Numbered from the stretch's first letter, positions 43,807 through 53,693 are shown. The stretch: DNA of 64,000 bases from Anaerolineales bacterium (GCA_020060465.1 JAGVAD010000016.1:29240-93239), one strand, 5' to 3'. Notes: a model not told the origin generated them from the letters alone. Numbers and translations are program-made.

Positions 43807-44106
43807 ATGTCTAAACTGATCGCTCTCTACCGCCAGCCGACAGACCCCGCCGAATTTGATCGCCATTATTTCCAAACGCATCTGCCGCTGATCGCTAAAA
43901 CGCCGGGGTTGCAAAAAACAGCGATCACCCGCTTCACCCGTACCATCCTGGGCGAGGAATTTTACCTGATGGCAGAGATGACGTTTGCGGATAGAGAGGC
44001 GCTCAAAGCGGCTATGAAAAGCCCCGAAATGGCCGCCGCTGGAGAGAACCTGAACTCATTTGCTGCCGGCCTCGTCACCCTGCTGTTTGGCGAAGAAGAA
44101 CAATGA
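43807..44106 (+). CDS. EthD-family protein
   Basis: 99 aa starting MSKLIALYRQPTDPAEFDRHYFQTHLPLIAKTPGL. This is the same pattern as 9178..9528. AGGAGG lies before the ATG. The ORF track begins at 43735. Confidence 0.6.
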   Translation: MSKLIALYRQPTDPAEFDRHYFQTHLPLIAKTPGLQKTAITRFTRTILGEEFYLMAEMTFADREALKAAMKSPEMAAAGENLNSFAAGLVTLLFGEEEQ

Positions 44107-44186
44107 GGGTGAATGATTATCTCCCTTTACGTTCAAGGTTGTGGTCTGTTTAAGGGCGTCTGTGGAAGGTCTTGTACGAAACTTCT

Positions 44187-45029
44187 TCAAATCGCCAGCA
44201 AAGCCAGGGCGCTCAAACACAATAACAAGCCGAAAAGTTGAGCGCGGGAGATTTTCTGACGCAGCAACAGCGCCGAAAGCAGCACAGTCGTCGCCGGATA
44301 CATGGATGCTGTCACGGCTGCAACATCCAGGCGGGTGAAGTTCACCGCCAGCAAGTAGAGGACATTGCCGCCAGCGTCCAAAACGCCTGCCCACAACCCC
44401 AGAGGGTTGTCCGTCAGCGAAGGAAGTCGGCTGCGCAGCATCCATAACCAGAGCGCGGCCGCGCCCAGCGCGGCGGCTTTTGCCAATACCAGGGTGATGA
44501 CGATCTGCTCTCGTTCAGTCTGCGCCAGCAGCACGAAGAAGCTGCCAAACGAAATGCCAGCCAGGACGGCCAATCCAAAACCCCGGTGGGTGGTGCCCCC
44601 CGTACCCTCGGCTGGCCGCGAAACCAGCCAAATGCCCAGCAGGCCGAGCATCAAGCCGCCCAACTGAGCAAGGCTTGGCCAGCCCTCGAAAAACAGACTG
44701 ACCCCCAGAGGCGCAATTGCCCCGACCACGGCGGCAGTGGGGGCAACCAAACTGGCATTGCCCACCGCCAACCCACCATACAGCGCGGCAATCCCCAGCA
44801 TCCCTGCAATCCCCGCCATAATTGCCCAAACCGCGCCTATTAAAGACGGCAACGCTTCGCCTCGCGCTATTGCAGCCAGGGAGAGCATCACCAGGCCCGA
44901 CAGCGCCGCCAGGAAGGTCGCCTGCACTGGCTTCCCGTGCAATGCGGCGCGCCCACCGCAATAATCCCCGCTGCCCCAAACCAGCGCCGACGCCAGCCCA
45001 AACAGGATACCCAGCCCAGGAGACGACAT
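44187..45029 (-). CDS. EamA/DMT-superfamily transporter
   Basis: 280 aa with about 10 TM helices in two similar halves; both halves are Gly/Ala/Leu-rich. Confidence 0.75.
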   Translation of the reverse strand: MSSPGLGILFGLASALVWGSGDYCGGRAALHGKPVQATFLAALSGLVMLSLAAIARGEALPSLIGAVWAIMAGIAGMLGIAALYGGLAVGNASLVAPTAAVVGAIAPLGVSLFFEGWPSLAQLGGLMLGLLGIWLVSRPAEGTGGTTHRGFGLAVLAGISFGSFFVLLAQTEREQIVITLVLAKAAALGAAALWLWMLRSRLPSLTDNPLGLWAGVLDAGGNVLYLLAVNFTRLDVAAVTASMYPATTVLLSALLLRQKISRAQLFGLLLCLSALALLAI

Positions 45030-45047
45030 GTCAGCAACCAGCGGCTA

Positions 45048-46199
45048 TCACAACGAGGCGATCTCTTGAACCTGGCCGTTGCGAAAATATACCCGCGCCA
45101 CACGCGGCAGCAGCGCAGTCGTTATTTCATAGTTGATCGTATCCGCCCATGCAGCCACCTCCTCGGCGCGGATATGCTCAGCTTCCTGCCGCCCAACCAA
45201 CACCACCTCGTCGTCTTGCTGCACATCGGGGATGTCGCTGGCATCTACCACAAATTGATCCATACACACCCGACCAATCAGCGGCGCGCGGCGGCCACGG
45301 ATTAGGACATAACCTTTATTGGAGAGAATGCGGTGATAACCGTCGCCATAGCCCACCGGCACCAGCGCGGAGCGAGTCGGCTTCTGCGTGATAAATGTGC
45401 GCCCATAACTGACTGCTGCGCCGGACGGCAGCCAGCGCACACGGCTGACCTTGCTCTTGAGCGTGAGGGCCGGGCGGATCTCAAAGACCGGCGGCCACTC
45501 GCTGGACGGATGCATGCCGTACATTGCAATACCCGGGCGGATGGCGTTAAAGTGAGCCGCGCGCAGCCTCATCGCCGCTGCGCTGTTGGCGGCATGCACC
45601 AGCGGGAAAGTAAAGCCCGCCGTCCCAGCCGCCGATAACGTCTCTTGAAAGAGCGCAAGCTGTTGCAATACGTAGCTCTGATCCGCCCAATCCGCAGTGG
45701 CAAAATGTGTGAACACGCCTTCGACCCAAATGCCTGACAGCGGCTGAATCGAACGCAGAAAATCCACCAATTCTTCCGGCAAGAGGCCATAGCGGCTCAT
45801 GCCCGTATCCACCTTCACATGTACAGGCGCCTTCGCACCCGTGGCGCTGGCGCGGGCGGAGAGCGCCTGGGCAAACTCAACCGTCATCAGGCTGGGGGTC
45901 AAGCGCCAATTCACAATCAGTTGAGCGCCGTCTGGCGGGGTATACCCCATCACCAAAATAGGCGCCTGAATGCCCGCCTTGCGCAGCTCCACACCTTCGA
46001 TAGCGCGATGCACTGCCAGCATCTCCGCCCCGGCTTCCAACGCAGTTTTCCCCACCTGCGCCGCGCCGTGACCGTAAGCATTGGCTTTCACGACGGCGAT
46101 GACCTTTACGCCCTCGCCGACATGACGTTTGTACGCCCGCACATTCCACTCGATCGCATCCAGATCAATCTCCGCCCAGGTGACAATTCCTTCCAGCAT
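45048..46199 (-). CDS. alr: Alanine racemase
   Basis: AVVKANAYGHGA (PLP-Lys motif), PVHVKVDTGMSRYG, YGRTF, GRVCMDQ. Confidence 0.9.
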   Translation of the reverse strand: MLEGIVTWAEIDLDAIEWNVRAYKRHVGEGVKVIAVVKANAYGHGAAQVGKTALEAGAEMLAVHRAIEGVELRKAGIQAPILVMGYTPPDGAQLIVNWRLTPSLMTVEFAQALSARASATGAKAPVHVKVDTGMSRYGLLPEELVDFLRSIQPLSGIWVEGVFTHFATADWADQSYVLQQLALFQETLSAAGTAGFTFPLVHAANSAAAMRLRAAHFNAIRPGIAMYGMHPSSEWPPVFEIRPALTLKSKVSRVRWLPSGAAVSYGRTFITQKPTRSALVPVGYGDGYHRILSNKGYVLIRGRRAPLIGRVCMDQFVVDASDIPDVQQDDEVVLVGRQEAEHIRAEEVAAWADTINYEITTALLPRVARVYFRNGQVQEIASL

Positions 46200-46228
46200 T
46201 CGTTGCTCCTGTGCTCGCTCAAAGTGAA

Positions 46229-46264
46229 GGGGTTACTGAGTAATTGTACCAACTCAGCAACCCC
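46229..46264 (-). terminator. Hairpin between livF and alr
   Basis: 12-bp stem ggggttactgag / ctcagcaacccc with one mismatch and a 12-nt loop. On the minus strand it is followed by ttcacttt. Confidence 0.4.
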
Positions 46265-46301
46265 TGGCGGATAACCAAAGAGCGTAATTTTTACAATCGG
46301 C

Positions 46302-47018
46302 TCACTTTACGCCCAGGTAAGCTGCGCGCACCATTTCGTTTTTCTTTAAGTTTTCCGCTGTGTCGTCCAAGACGATGTTGCCAATCTGTAATACATAGCC
46401 ACGGTGTGCCACAGACAGCGCCATGAGAGCATTCTGCTCCACCAACAAGATGGTGGTGCCTTCCTGCTGGTTTAAGGTCTTGATGACTTCAAAGATCGCT
46501 TCCACCAGAACCGGCGCCAGCCCCATCGAAGGCTCATCCATCAGCAAGATGTGGGGTTTCAGCATCAAACCACGCGCCGTAGCCAGCATCTGCTGCTCGC
46601 CGCCGGATAGTGTGCCGCCTTTCTGGTTGATCCTTTCCCTCAAACGCGGGAAGATGCCAAAGACGAATTCCATGCGGCGCGCCACTTCCGCCCGATCCTG
46701 GATGGTGTAGGCGCCCATCTCCAGGTTCTCGCGCACGGTCAGACGCGGGAAGATGCCCCGCCCTTCGGGGACGTGACCCACGCCCAACTCGACGATCTGA
46801 TGCGGAGGCAGGCCGGTAATATCCTGTCCTTTCAGTCGCACGGAGCCATGCCGCGGCTTAATCAGCCCGGAGATGGTGCGCAGGGTTGTGCTTTTGCCAG
46901 CCCCATTCGCGCCAATGAGTGTAACGATCTCCCCTTCCTCCACCCGCAGAGAGATCCCCTGGAGCGCGTGAATGTGCCCGTAGTATGAATGAACGTTTTC
47001 CAGTTCCAGCAGGCTCAT
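46302..47018 (-). CDS. livF: Branched-chain amino acid ABC transporter, ATP-binding protein (LivF-type)
   Basis: Walker A GANGAGKST, signature LSGGEQQML, Walker B LLMDEPS. Confidence 0.85.
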   Translation of the reverse strand: MSLLELENVHSYYGHIHALQGISLRVEEGEIVTLIGANGAGKSTTLRTISGLIKPRHGSVRLKGQDITGLPPHQIVELGVGHVPEGRGIFPRLTVRENLEMGAYTIQDRAEVARRMEFVFGIFPRLRERINQKGGTLSGGEQQMLATARGLMLKPHILLMDEPSMGLAPVLVEAIFEVIKTLNQQEGTTILLVEQNALMALSVAHRGYVLQIGNIVLDDTAENLKKNEMVRAAYLGVK

Positions 47019-47030
47019 GGAGTTCTCCTG

Positions 47031-47813
47031 TCACTCTTGCATGGCTTCCACCGCGCCGCGCCCCAGATAGGCCTCGATCACTCTGGGATCGTTGCTGATC
47101 TCAGCCGGTAAACCCTCGGCGATCTTCTGACCATAGTCCATCACCGTGATGCGCTCCGAAATATCCATCACCACTCGCATCGAATGTTCGATGAGCAAAA
47201 TCGTGATGCCTAACTGATCGCGCAGGCGGCGAAATAGATCAACCGCTTCATCTGTTTCACGCGGGTTCATGCCAGCCGTAGGCTCATCCAGGAGCAATAA
47301 CTTCGGCTCGGAAGCCAAAGCGCGGGCGATCTCCACCCGCCGTTGAGCGCCGTACGGCAGGTTGCGCGCCAGTTCATCGCCCAGGCCTTTCAACCCCACA
47401 AACGCCATCAGCTCAAAGGCGCGTTCATGAGCAAATTTCTCTTCGCTCAACAGCCTACGGTTACGCAACAGCGCATCCGCCATGTTTTGGCGCAGGCGGG
47501 GGTGCATCCCTACCATAATGTTTTCAATAACCGTCATGCTGGCAAACAACCGAATATTTTGGAAGGTGCGCGCCATACCCAGGCTGGTGATTTGATCGGG
47601 GCGCTTTCCCACCAGCGAGTGACCATCGAAGAGGATCTCGCCCTCTTCAGGTCGGTAAATGCCCGTCAAAGTGTTGAAGAAGGTGGTCTTTCCCGCGCCG
47701 TTGGGGCCAATGATGCTGACTATACTGCCTTGTTCCAGGACGAAATCCATCCGGCTGACAGCCTGTAAACCGCCAAAACGCTTGGTGACCTGTCGAGTTT
47801 CAAGCAGCGCCAT
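47031..47813 (-). CDS. livG: Branched-chain amino acid ABC transporter, ATP-binding protein (LivG-type)
   Basis: Walker A GPNGAGKTT, signature LPYGAQRRVEIA, Walker B LLLDEPTAG. It overlaps livM by 14 nt. Confidence 0.85.
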   Translation of the reverse strand: MALLETRQVTKRFGGLQAVSRMDFVLEQGSIVSIIGPNGAGKTTFFNTLTGIYRPEEGEILFDGHSLVGKRPDQITSLGMARTFQNIRLFASMTVIENIMVGMHPRLRQNMADALLRNRRLLSEEKFAHERAFELMAFVGLKGLGDELARNLPYGAQRRVEIARALASEPKLLLLDEPTAGMNPRETDEAVDLFRRLRDQLGITILLIEHSMRVVMDISERITVMDYGQKIAEGLPAEISNDPRVIEAYLGRGAVEAMQE

Positions 47814-49251
47814 GCTCTACCTCCCCAGACGTGGACTGCCCCGTGGGATCCTGCGCATCTGCGCCGCCTGCACCCAGGTCATTATTCTCTAAAGCCTCTT
47901 CTTCTCGCGTCAGCTCTCGCTTGCGCCGTTCCGCCGGAATCAAGCCGGCCGGACGATAGATCATCATCACAATCAGAATAATGCCAAAGAGCATACGCTG
48001 ATATTTGGCCGGGTCAAGTTGGGTCGAAAGGTTCTTCCAGGCAAAATTGATGATGGGAATCACCGCATCGCTTTGGCGTAGCTGACTGAGGTACAACGAT
48101 AACCCTTGCAGCACCTGGAGGTTCAAAATAATCACTACCGCCGCGCCCACGATCACGCCCGGTATGCTGCCCAGACCGCCCAGGATGACCATCGAAAGCA
48201 CGCCAATGGACTGCATGAAAGAGAACGATTCGGGGCTGACAAACGTGCGGCTGGCAGCAAATAGAATGCCCATCACGCCGGCGAAAGAAGCCCCGGCAGC
48301 AAAAGCTGCCAGCTTCAGACGCACCAAAGGAATCCCCATGGCGATGGCAGCGGTCTCATCTTCGCGAATGGCGATCCAGGCACGCCCGATCTTTGAATCA
48401 TCTAATCGTCGCACCACAACAATCACGACCAGGATCACCAACAATGCCAATAAGTAGAAGAAGAGATTATAGAATTCCCCTTCGGTAACATTATGCCCCA
48501 CGATTGGATTTAACACCACTCTCAGAGCGTTCAAAAGCGGTTCGGGCAAGGTGGGGCGTTGGATCGGCGTAATGCCTTGCGGCCCATTGGTGATGTTCCA
48601 GGGCTTATCCAGATTGTTAGCCAACACGCGGATCACTTCGCCAAAACCCAGAGTGACGATTGCCAGGTAATCGCCTCGCAGGCGCAACACCGGCAAGCCA
48701 AGCAAAATGCCGGTAAACGCAGCCAGAATGATCCCCAGAAACATGAACAGATAAAACGTGTCCGCAGGGAGGAAAAACGGCGTACCTGGAGGCGCTGTGC
48801 CAGGAATTTCGTAAAGCAGATAGGGCTGCTGGGAGCCAAAAAATGCCCAAAGATACGCCCCCACTGCATAAAAAGCCACATAACCCAGATCGAGCAGACC
48901 GGCAAAACCTACTACGATGTTCAATCCCAACGCCAGGGCGGCAAAAACGCTGATCTGAAAAATCACCTCCAGATAGAATATGTTGCGCACCCCCAGGATC
49001 GGCACCAGCACCAGCAGCATCACCGCGGCCAGACCGAACTTAAAACGCGTCGTCAGGGGCAAGTAATAAATTAGAATGGCCGAAGAGATGAACAACAGAA
49101 ACGCCAAAAGGGAGCGCGGACTGAAATAGACCCAGATCGTCCCGATGGCCAGGTAGATGAGGATAAAAATCGTAGCGCCCCTGCCTTTTGTGAGCCTGGT
49201 TTGCAAGGCTTGCGTCCATTTGGAGAGTTGATTGAGCAATCCCTTGTCCAT
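47800..49251 (-). CDS. livM: Branched-chain amino acid ABC transporter permease (LivM-type)
   Basis: 483 aa, polytopic, with LDLGYVAFYAVGAY and EDETAA motifs. Confidence 0.85.
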   Translation of the reverse strand: MDKGLLNQLSKWTQALQTRLTKGRGATIFILIYLAIGTIWVYFSPRSLLAFLLFISSAILIYYLPLTTRFKFGLAAVMLLVLVPILGVRNIFYLEVIFQISVFAALALGLNIVVGFAGLLDLGYVAFYAVGAYLWAFFGSQQPYLLYEIPGTAPPGTPFFLPADTFYLFMFLGIILAAFTGILLGLPVLRLRGDYLAIVTLGFGEVIRVLANNLDKPWNITNGPQGITPIQRPTLPEPLLNALRVVLNPIVGHNVTEGEFYNLFFYLLALLVILVVIVVVRRLDDSKIGRAWIAIREDETAAIAMGIPLVRLKLAAFAAGASFAGVMGILFAASRTFVSPESFSFMQSIGVLSMVILGGLGSIPGVIVGAAVVIILNLQVLQGLSLYLSQLRQSDAVIPIINFAWKNLSTQLDPAKYQRMLFGIILIVMMIYRPAGLIPAERRKRELTREEEALENNDLGAGGADAQDPTGQSTSGEVEHGAA

Positions 49252-49260
49252 GATCGCCTC

Positions 49261-50490
49261 CTATGCTTTCTGGCCTACCTGTTCGCCGAGCAGGCCAGAT
49301 GGCCGGAAGATCAGCACCAGGATCAGAATGGCGAACGCCAGGATATCTTTGTATTCTGCGCCGAAAGCGCCCATCGTGAACACAGATAGATAGGAGCCAG
49401 AGAAAGTCTCCAACATCCCCAAGACAAGACCGCCCAACAGAGCGCCGGTGATGTTGCCGATTCCTCCTAATACGGCTGCAGTGAAAGCTTTCAAGCCTGG
49501 GAAGAAGCCTACAAATGGGTCAATGCGGGTGAATTTCAAGGCAAAGAGCACCCCCGCCGCGCCGCCCAATGTCCCACCAATTAAGAAGGTCATGGCAATG
49601 ATACGGTTGACGTTGATGCCCATCAGATTCGCGGTCACCCGGTCTTGCGCCACCGAGCGGATCGCTTTGCCAAGCTTGGTGGCATTCACCAGATAATTCA
49701 ACCCCACGACCATAAAGATCGCCGAGACAATCACAATGACTGATTTCACCTGGATGATCAAATCAATCTTCGTTCCAATAATATTCAGGCTGGCCAGAGA
49801 GATTTGCTGGTCGAAATTGCCAAAGGTAGGGATGATGCGATGAAACTGGCCAGTTGTCAGGCTCTCAATCAATCGAATGGCATCTTGCAAAAAGAAAGAT
49901 ACACCGATGGCAGAGATTAACGGCACCAGGCGCGGCGCACCACGCAACGGGCGGTAAGCGATGCGTTCCATGGCTACCGCGGTTGCCCCGGCTGCAATCA
50001 TGGCTGCGATCACCGCCAACAATAACCAGAAATACGCCATCGCGTATGAGATATCATTGAGATAACCGGAGTTATTCAGAGCGATTAATATCTCTACGCC
50101 CACAAAAGCGCCGATGGCGAAGATCTCGCTGTGTGCAAAGTTAATAAATTCTAGCACGCCATAAACCATGGTATATCCTAAGGCAATGGCTGCATATACG
50201 AATCCGATGGTCACGCCGTCAATTAAAACTTGCGGCAGGTTGACCAACGTATAGGTAAAGAGATCCACGCCATAGTTGCTAATCGTTGTTGCATCAACCG
50301 TTGAACCGCGTAACAACACCGCCAGCCCCAACATCAAGGCGGAGAGGATCATTCCTGCGCCGGTTACAAAAACCGCGATCTGCCCTAGCGGTCGCAGGAT
50401 TTCGATCAATAGAGTGGCGTTGAGGAGACGTCGCATGTCGGTTTCCCAAAGAACCCCAGCCCCCTCGCTTGGAGAGGGCTGGGGCAACAA
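49261..50490 (-). CDS. livH: Branched-chain amino acid ABC transporter permease (LivH-type)
   Basis: Polytopic, with FINFAHSEIFAIGAF and AVAQD/RVTANLMGIN blocks. The likely start is MRRLL at 50436. Confidence 0.85.
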   Translation of the reverse strand: MLPQPSPSEGAGVLWETDMRRLLNATLLIEILRPLGQIAVFVTGAGMILSALMLGLAVLLRGSTVDATTISNYGVDLFTYTLVNLPQVLIDGVTIGFVYAAIALGYTMVYGVLEFINFAHSEIFAIGAFVGVEILIALNNSGYLNDISYAMAYFWLLLAVIAAMIAAGATAVAMERIAYRPLRGAPRLVPLISAIGVSFFLQDAIRLIESLTTGQFHRIIPTFGNFDQQISLASLNIIGTKIDLIIQVKSVIVIVSAIFMVVGLNYLVNATKLGKAIRSVAQDRVTANLMGINVNRIIAMTFLIGGTLGGAAGVLFALKFTRIDPFVGFFPGLKAFTAAVLGGIGNITGALLGGLVLGMLETFSGSYLSVFTMGAFGAEYKDILAFAILILVLIFRPSGLLGEQVGQKA

Positions 50491-50501
50491 CCTAGAGAGG
50501 T

Positions 50502-51701
50502 TTATTCAGGCGGAGCGATATCCAAAGTCTGGTCAATCTTGTTATCGTTCCACATGGCGGGATCCGCAGAGACCACCTGGATGACAAAGTATTTCGCCGT
50601 CACCAGATCGCCTTTGGCGTTGAAGTTAATGGTACCGGTGATGCCGGGAAAATCCTTCAAGGCGCGAATGGCTTTGGCCACCGCTTCGCGAGCAGGCAGT
50701 TTATTTCCTGCTTCCTTCGCTGCATTCTCAATTCCCTTCAAACAGAGCGCCATTGCATCGTAACCTTGGGCGGCAAAGGGCTTGGGGTCAGCGCCGTATT
50801 TGGCCTTGAAGTCCTGTTGAAACTTGGCTGTGCCCGGATAGAGCTTGGCCGGGCCGGCAACGGTGGTGTAATACAGACCGCCGCCTTCCAACAGCGAGGG
50901 GCCGCCGATGTTGATCGCCTCTGGCGAGTCGTACCCGTCATCGCTCAACAGCATGCCCATGTAGCCTTTCTCACGCGCCTGCTTGAATAACACCGAAGCC
51001 TGGTCATAGATGCCGCCAAAGAACACTACATCTGGGTTGGCGGAGAGCATGGGCGCCAGGATGGCATCAAAGTTGGCTTTCTCTTCCGTGCCCTCAAAGC
51101 CTAACACCTGCATACCGCCCTTTTCGGCTTCGCGCTTAAAGAACTCGGCGATGCCCTGTCCGTAAGCCGTCTTGTCGTGGATGACATAGGCGCTCTTCAT
51201 CCCCTTGGATGCGGCGAACTGTGCCGCCACCACGCCCTGAACGTCATCACGCCCCACAATGCGGCTGACTTCCAAATAGCCGCGGTCGGTGACCTTCGGG
51301 TTGGTGTTGGCTGGCGATACGTTCGCCAGGTTGGATGCATGATAGACTTCTGAAGAGGGGATTTGTACGCCGGAATTGTAGTGTCCCACGACGCACAGCA
51401 CGGCTGGATCGGCTACAATATTTTTGGCGTTTGCCACGCCAGTATCTGGATTTGCCTGATCATCATAGGGCGCCAGTTCGACTTTGAAGCCCATATCTTC
51501 CAGCGGCTTTTTAAGTTGCTCCAGAGCGAGTTCAGCGCCGTTCTTGATATCAACGCCGATCGCTGATTGACCGCCTGAGAGCGGGCTTTGTGTGGCAATC
51601 TTGATGACGGTCGGGCCGGCGCTCCCGCCGCCGCCGCAAGCAGCGGTCAGCAGGCTGGCGATCATAAACAGCGACAACAGGGTGATTACGCGCTTTTTCA
51701 T
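50502..51701 (-). CDS. livJ: Branched-chain amino acid ABC transporter substrate-binding lipoprotein
   Basis: Lipobox LLTAAC. The periplasmic-binding type I pattern includes IKIATQSPLSG and VVGHYNSG. Confidence 0.85.
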   Translation of the reverse strand: MKKRVITLLSLFMIASLLTAACGGGGSAGPTVIKIATQSPLSGGQSAIGVDIKNGAELALEQLKKPLEDMGFKVELAPYDDQANPDTGVANAKNIVADPAVLCVVGHYNSGVQIPSSEVYHASNLANVSPANTNPKVTDRGYLEVSRIVGRDDVQGVVAAQFAASKGMKSAYVIHDKTAYGQGIAEFFKREAEKGGMQVLGFEGTEEKANFDAILAPMLSANPDVVFFGGIYDQASVLFKQAREKGYMGMLLSDDGYDSPEAINIGGPSLLEGGGLYYTTVAGPAKLYPGTAKFQQDFKAKYGADPKPFAAQGYDAMALCLKGIENAAKEAGNKLPAREAVAKAIRALKDFPGITGTINFNAKGDLVTAKYFVIQVVSADPAMWNDNKIDQTLDIAPPE

Positions 51702-51907
51702 TCTGTTCTTCCTCCAGTGAAATTTTCGGGTGTTGAATTAATGAAGCCCCATCCAAGGGCGACGACTGCGCGAGGGTTGTTCATCCCCGCCCAAAGGTTA
51801 CAAGGTTAACCACCTCCTTTCACTGTCGGGTATTGCCGCTGCAATCAGCCAAATCTGGAACAAAAACGGCTGGAAGTATATGAAAGTGCGATTTGAATCA
51901 TAGATGA

Positions 51908-51936
51908 ATTTTACAGAAATAAGATTATGCGGTCAA
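51908..51936 (-). promoter_or_regulatory. Candidate sigma-70-type promoter for the liv operon
   Basis: On the minus strand: TTGACC (51936-51931), 17-nt spacer, TAAAAT (51913-51908). This would give a roughly 200-nt 5' UTR. Coordinates are good to within about 1 nt. Confidence 0.35.
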
Positions 51937-52001
51937 GTACATATTGCAAGAACAGGGGCTCCTGTCAATTCGTGATGAATTTCACGATCATCTCACAATC
52001 C

Positions 52002-52030
52002 TTGACAAACAGCCTGTTCTGGTGAATAAT
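52002..52030 (+). promoter_or_regulatory. Candidate sigma-70-type promoter for the sugar ABC operon
   Basis: TTGACA 52002-52007, 17-nt spacer ending in TG, AATAAT 52025-52030. It lies about 245 nt upstream of the SBP start. Confidence 0.3.
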
Positions 52031-52277
52031 AGTTAATTGTGTACGCTCTTTGATTAGCAAATCTTCTTTTTACTGAACAAATTAAGATGATAACCACCTG
52101 AAGCTACAAGGAAATCAATAGCTTAGGCTGAACGCCAACGGTTCACAACATTTTGTAAGGAATTTTGACCTGGAGAGGAGGTGGTAAGCGAGGGACTATC
52201 TTAATTCTGCTTCAGTTTTTTCCGTCTTAGCATAATTACATAAACTTTTCGACCCTTTCTAAGGAGGAGTGGGTGCT

Positions 52278-53693
52278 ATGAAAAAGATCTTTGCATTACT
52301 CTCTGGTTTGATGATCTTCAGCATGATCCTCAGTGCCTGCGCGCCGCAAACGGTCGTTCAGACTGTTGTTGTGACCGAGGTGGTGACGCAAGAGGTCGTG
52401 GTTGAAGGCACACCCCAGGTGAAGGAAGTCGTCAAGACCGTGGTGGTCGAGGCGACCCCTGAGCCGAAGAAGCCCCAGTTGATCATCTTCAACTGGTGGA
52501 CAGCGCCCGGCGAGCGCGAAGCCGCAGACGCCATGTATGAGGCATTCAAAGCCAAGTACCCGGATGTGGAAATCGTGGAGAACCCAACTCCGGGCGGCGG
52601 CGGCGTTAACCAGCGCGTGGTGCTTCAGGCGCGTATGACCGCCGGTCTACCGCCTGACACGTTCCAAACCCTGGGTGGCGCCGAGCTGAAGGCTTATGTG
52701 GACGCGGGTCAGCTTGAGCCATTGGATGATCTGTGGGCGCAGTTGGATTACGCCAACAAGATCCCTGGCCCGTTGGCTAAGGCTGTGACAGTGGACGGGC
52801 ATCCATACGTCGTCCCGTTGAATATGCACATCCAAAACATCCTGTACTACAACAAAGCTCTCTTCGATGAACTGCAACTGACCCCGCCGACTAATTACGA
52901 CGAGCTGGTCGCCACCTGCGAAGCCATCAAAGCCGCCAAACCCGACCTGGCTTGCATTGGCCTGGGTTCCAAAGAAAAATGGGGCGATGCCTTCGTCTTC
53001 GACGCGGTGTTCATGGAGGAAGCCGGCCCGGCTGACTATGTGAAGTTCTACAAGGGCGAGCTGGATCCGGCCACCTTCGAGCCATTCAAGCGATCGCTGG
53101 AGAAGTTCCAGGCGTTAGCGCCCTACATTAATACCGATCACGCCGGATTGACCTGGGATCAGGCGACCGCTTTGCTGCCTGGCGGCACTGCGGCTATGAC
53201 TCTCATGGGCACCTGGGCAATCGGCGCGTTGGAAAAAGGCGGCGGCTGGAAGGCTGGCGTGGACTTTGGCGCGGTTACCTTCCCGCAGAAGCCGGAACGT
53301 ATTCTGCTCTTCCACCCCGACACCTATGGTCTGGCTAAGGGCGCTCCCAACCCGGAGACCACCTTAAAGTGGCTGGAAGTGGTCGCTTCGCCGGAGCTGC
53401 AGGTCCCCACAGATGTGATCCAGGGCGGCCTGTTTGCCCGCACCGATATTGACCCGACGGAGTTCCCGGATCCAATCCGGCAGGAGCTGATGCAGTACGT
53501 GCGCGACAACCCGGATAAGCTGATCCTCGATCAGCACGGCAGCATCGCGCCTTCGTCCTTCACCTCTGAATACTGGAACGCCATTGCCTCCTTCCTGGTG
53601 CAGCCGAATGTGGATGCGACCATCCAACAGGTTGCCAGCCTGTTCCAGCAATTCAATGTCAAGGACGCCTCGGCCTGGTATCAATGGCCATAA
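52278..53693 (+). CDS. Extracellular solute-binding lipoprotein of a CUT1-type sugar ABC transporter
   Basis: Lipobox ILSAC, Val/Thr/Glu-rich linker, then an SBP family 1 pattern (IFNWWTAPGEREA...). AAGGAGG lies upstream. Confidence 0.85.
   Translation: MKKIFALLSGLMIFSMILSACAPQTVVQTVVVTEVVTQEVVVEGTPQVKEVVKTVVVEATPEPKKPQLIIFNWWTAPGEREAADAMYEAFKAKYPDVEIVENPTPGGGGVNQRVVLQARMTAGLPPDTFQTLGGAELKAYVDAGQLEPLDDLWAQLDYANKIPGPLAKAVTVDGHPYVVPLNMHIQNILYYNKALFDELQLTPPTNYDELVATCEAIKAAKPDLACIGLGSKEKWGDAFVFDAVFMEEAGPADYVKFYKGELDPATFEPFKRSLEKFQALAPYINTDHAGLTWDQATALLPGGTAAMTLMGTWAIGALEKGGGWKAGVDFGAVTFPQKPERILLFHPDTYGLAKGAPNPETTLKWLEVVASPELQVPTDVIQGGLFARTDIDPTEFPDPIRQELMQYVRDNPDKLILDQHGSIAPSSFTSEYWNAIASFLVQPNVDATIQQVASLFQQFNVKDASAWYQWP

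Noticed and set aside
51698-51784. A 28-codon upstream ORF on the minus strand (MNNPRAVVALGWGFINSTPENFTGGRTE) whose TGA overlaps the livJ ATG (ATGA). I considered it as a branched-chain amino acid leader peptide.
   Set aside because: It contains only scattered Val/Leu/Ile residues, with no run of regulatory codons. The G-rich stretch abuts its ATG with no proper SD spacing, and no alternative terminator/antiterminator pair is visible. It would need ribosome profiling to be revived.
51804-51818. The minus-strand sequence AGGAGGUGGUUAACC in the liv 5' UTR, which superficially resembles the T-box core GGGUGGUACCGCG.
   Set aside because: It matches only GGUGGU..ACC. It lacks the CGCG end, has no downstream terminator with a U-tract, and has no Stem I features (AGUA, GA motif, specifier loop) upstream.
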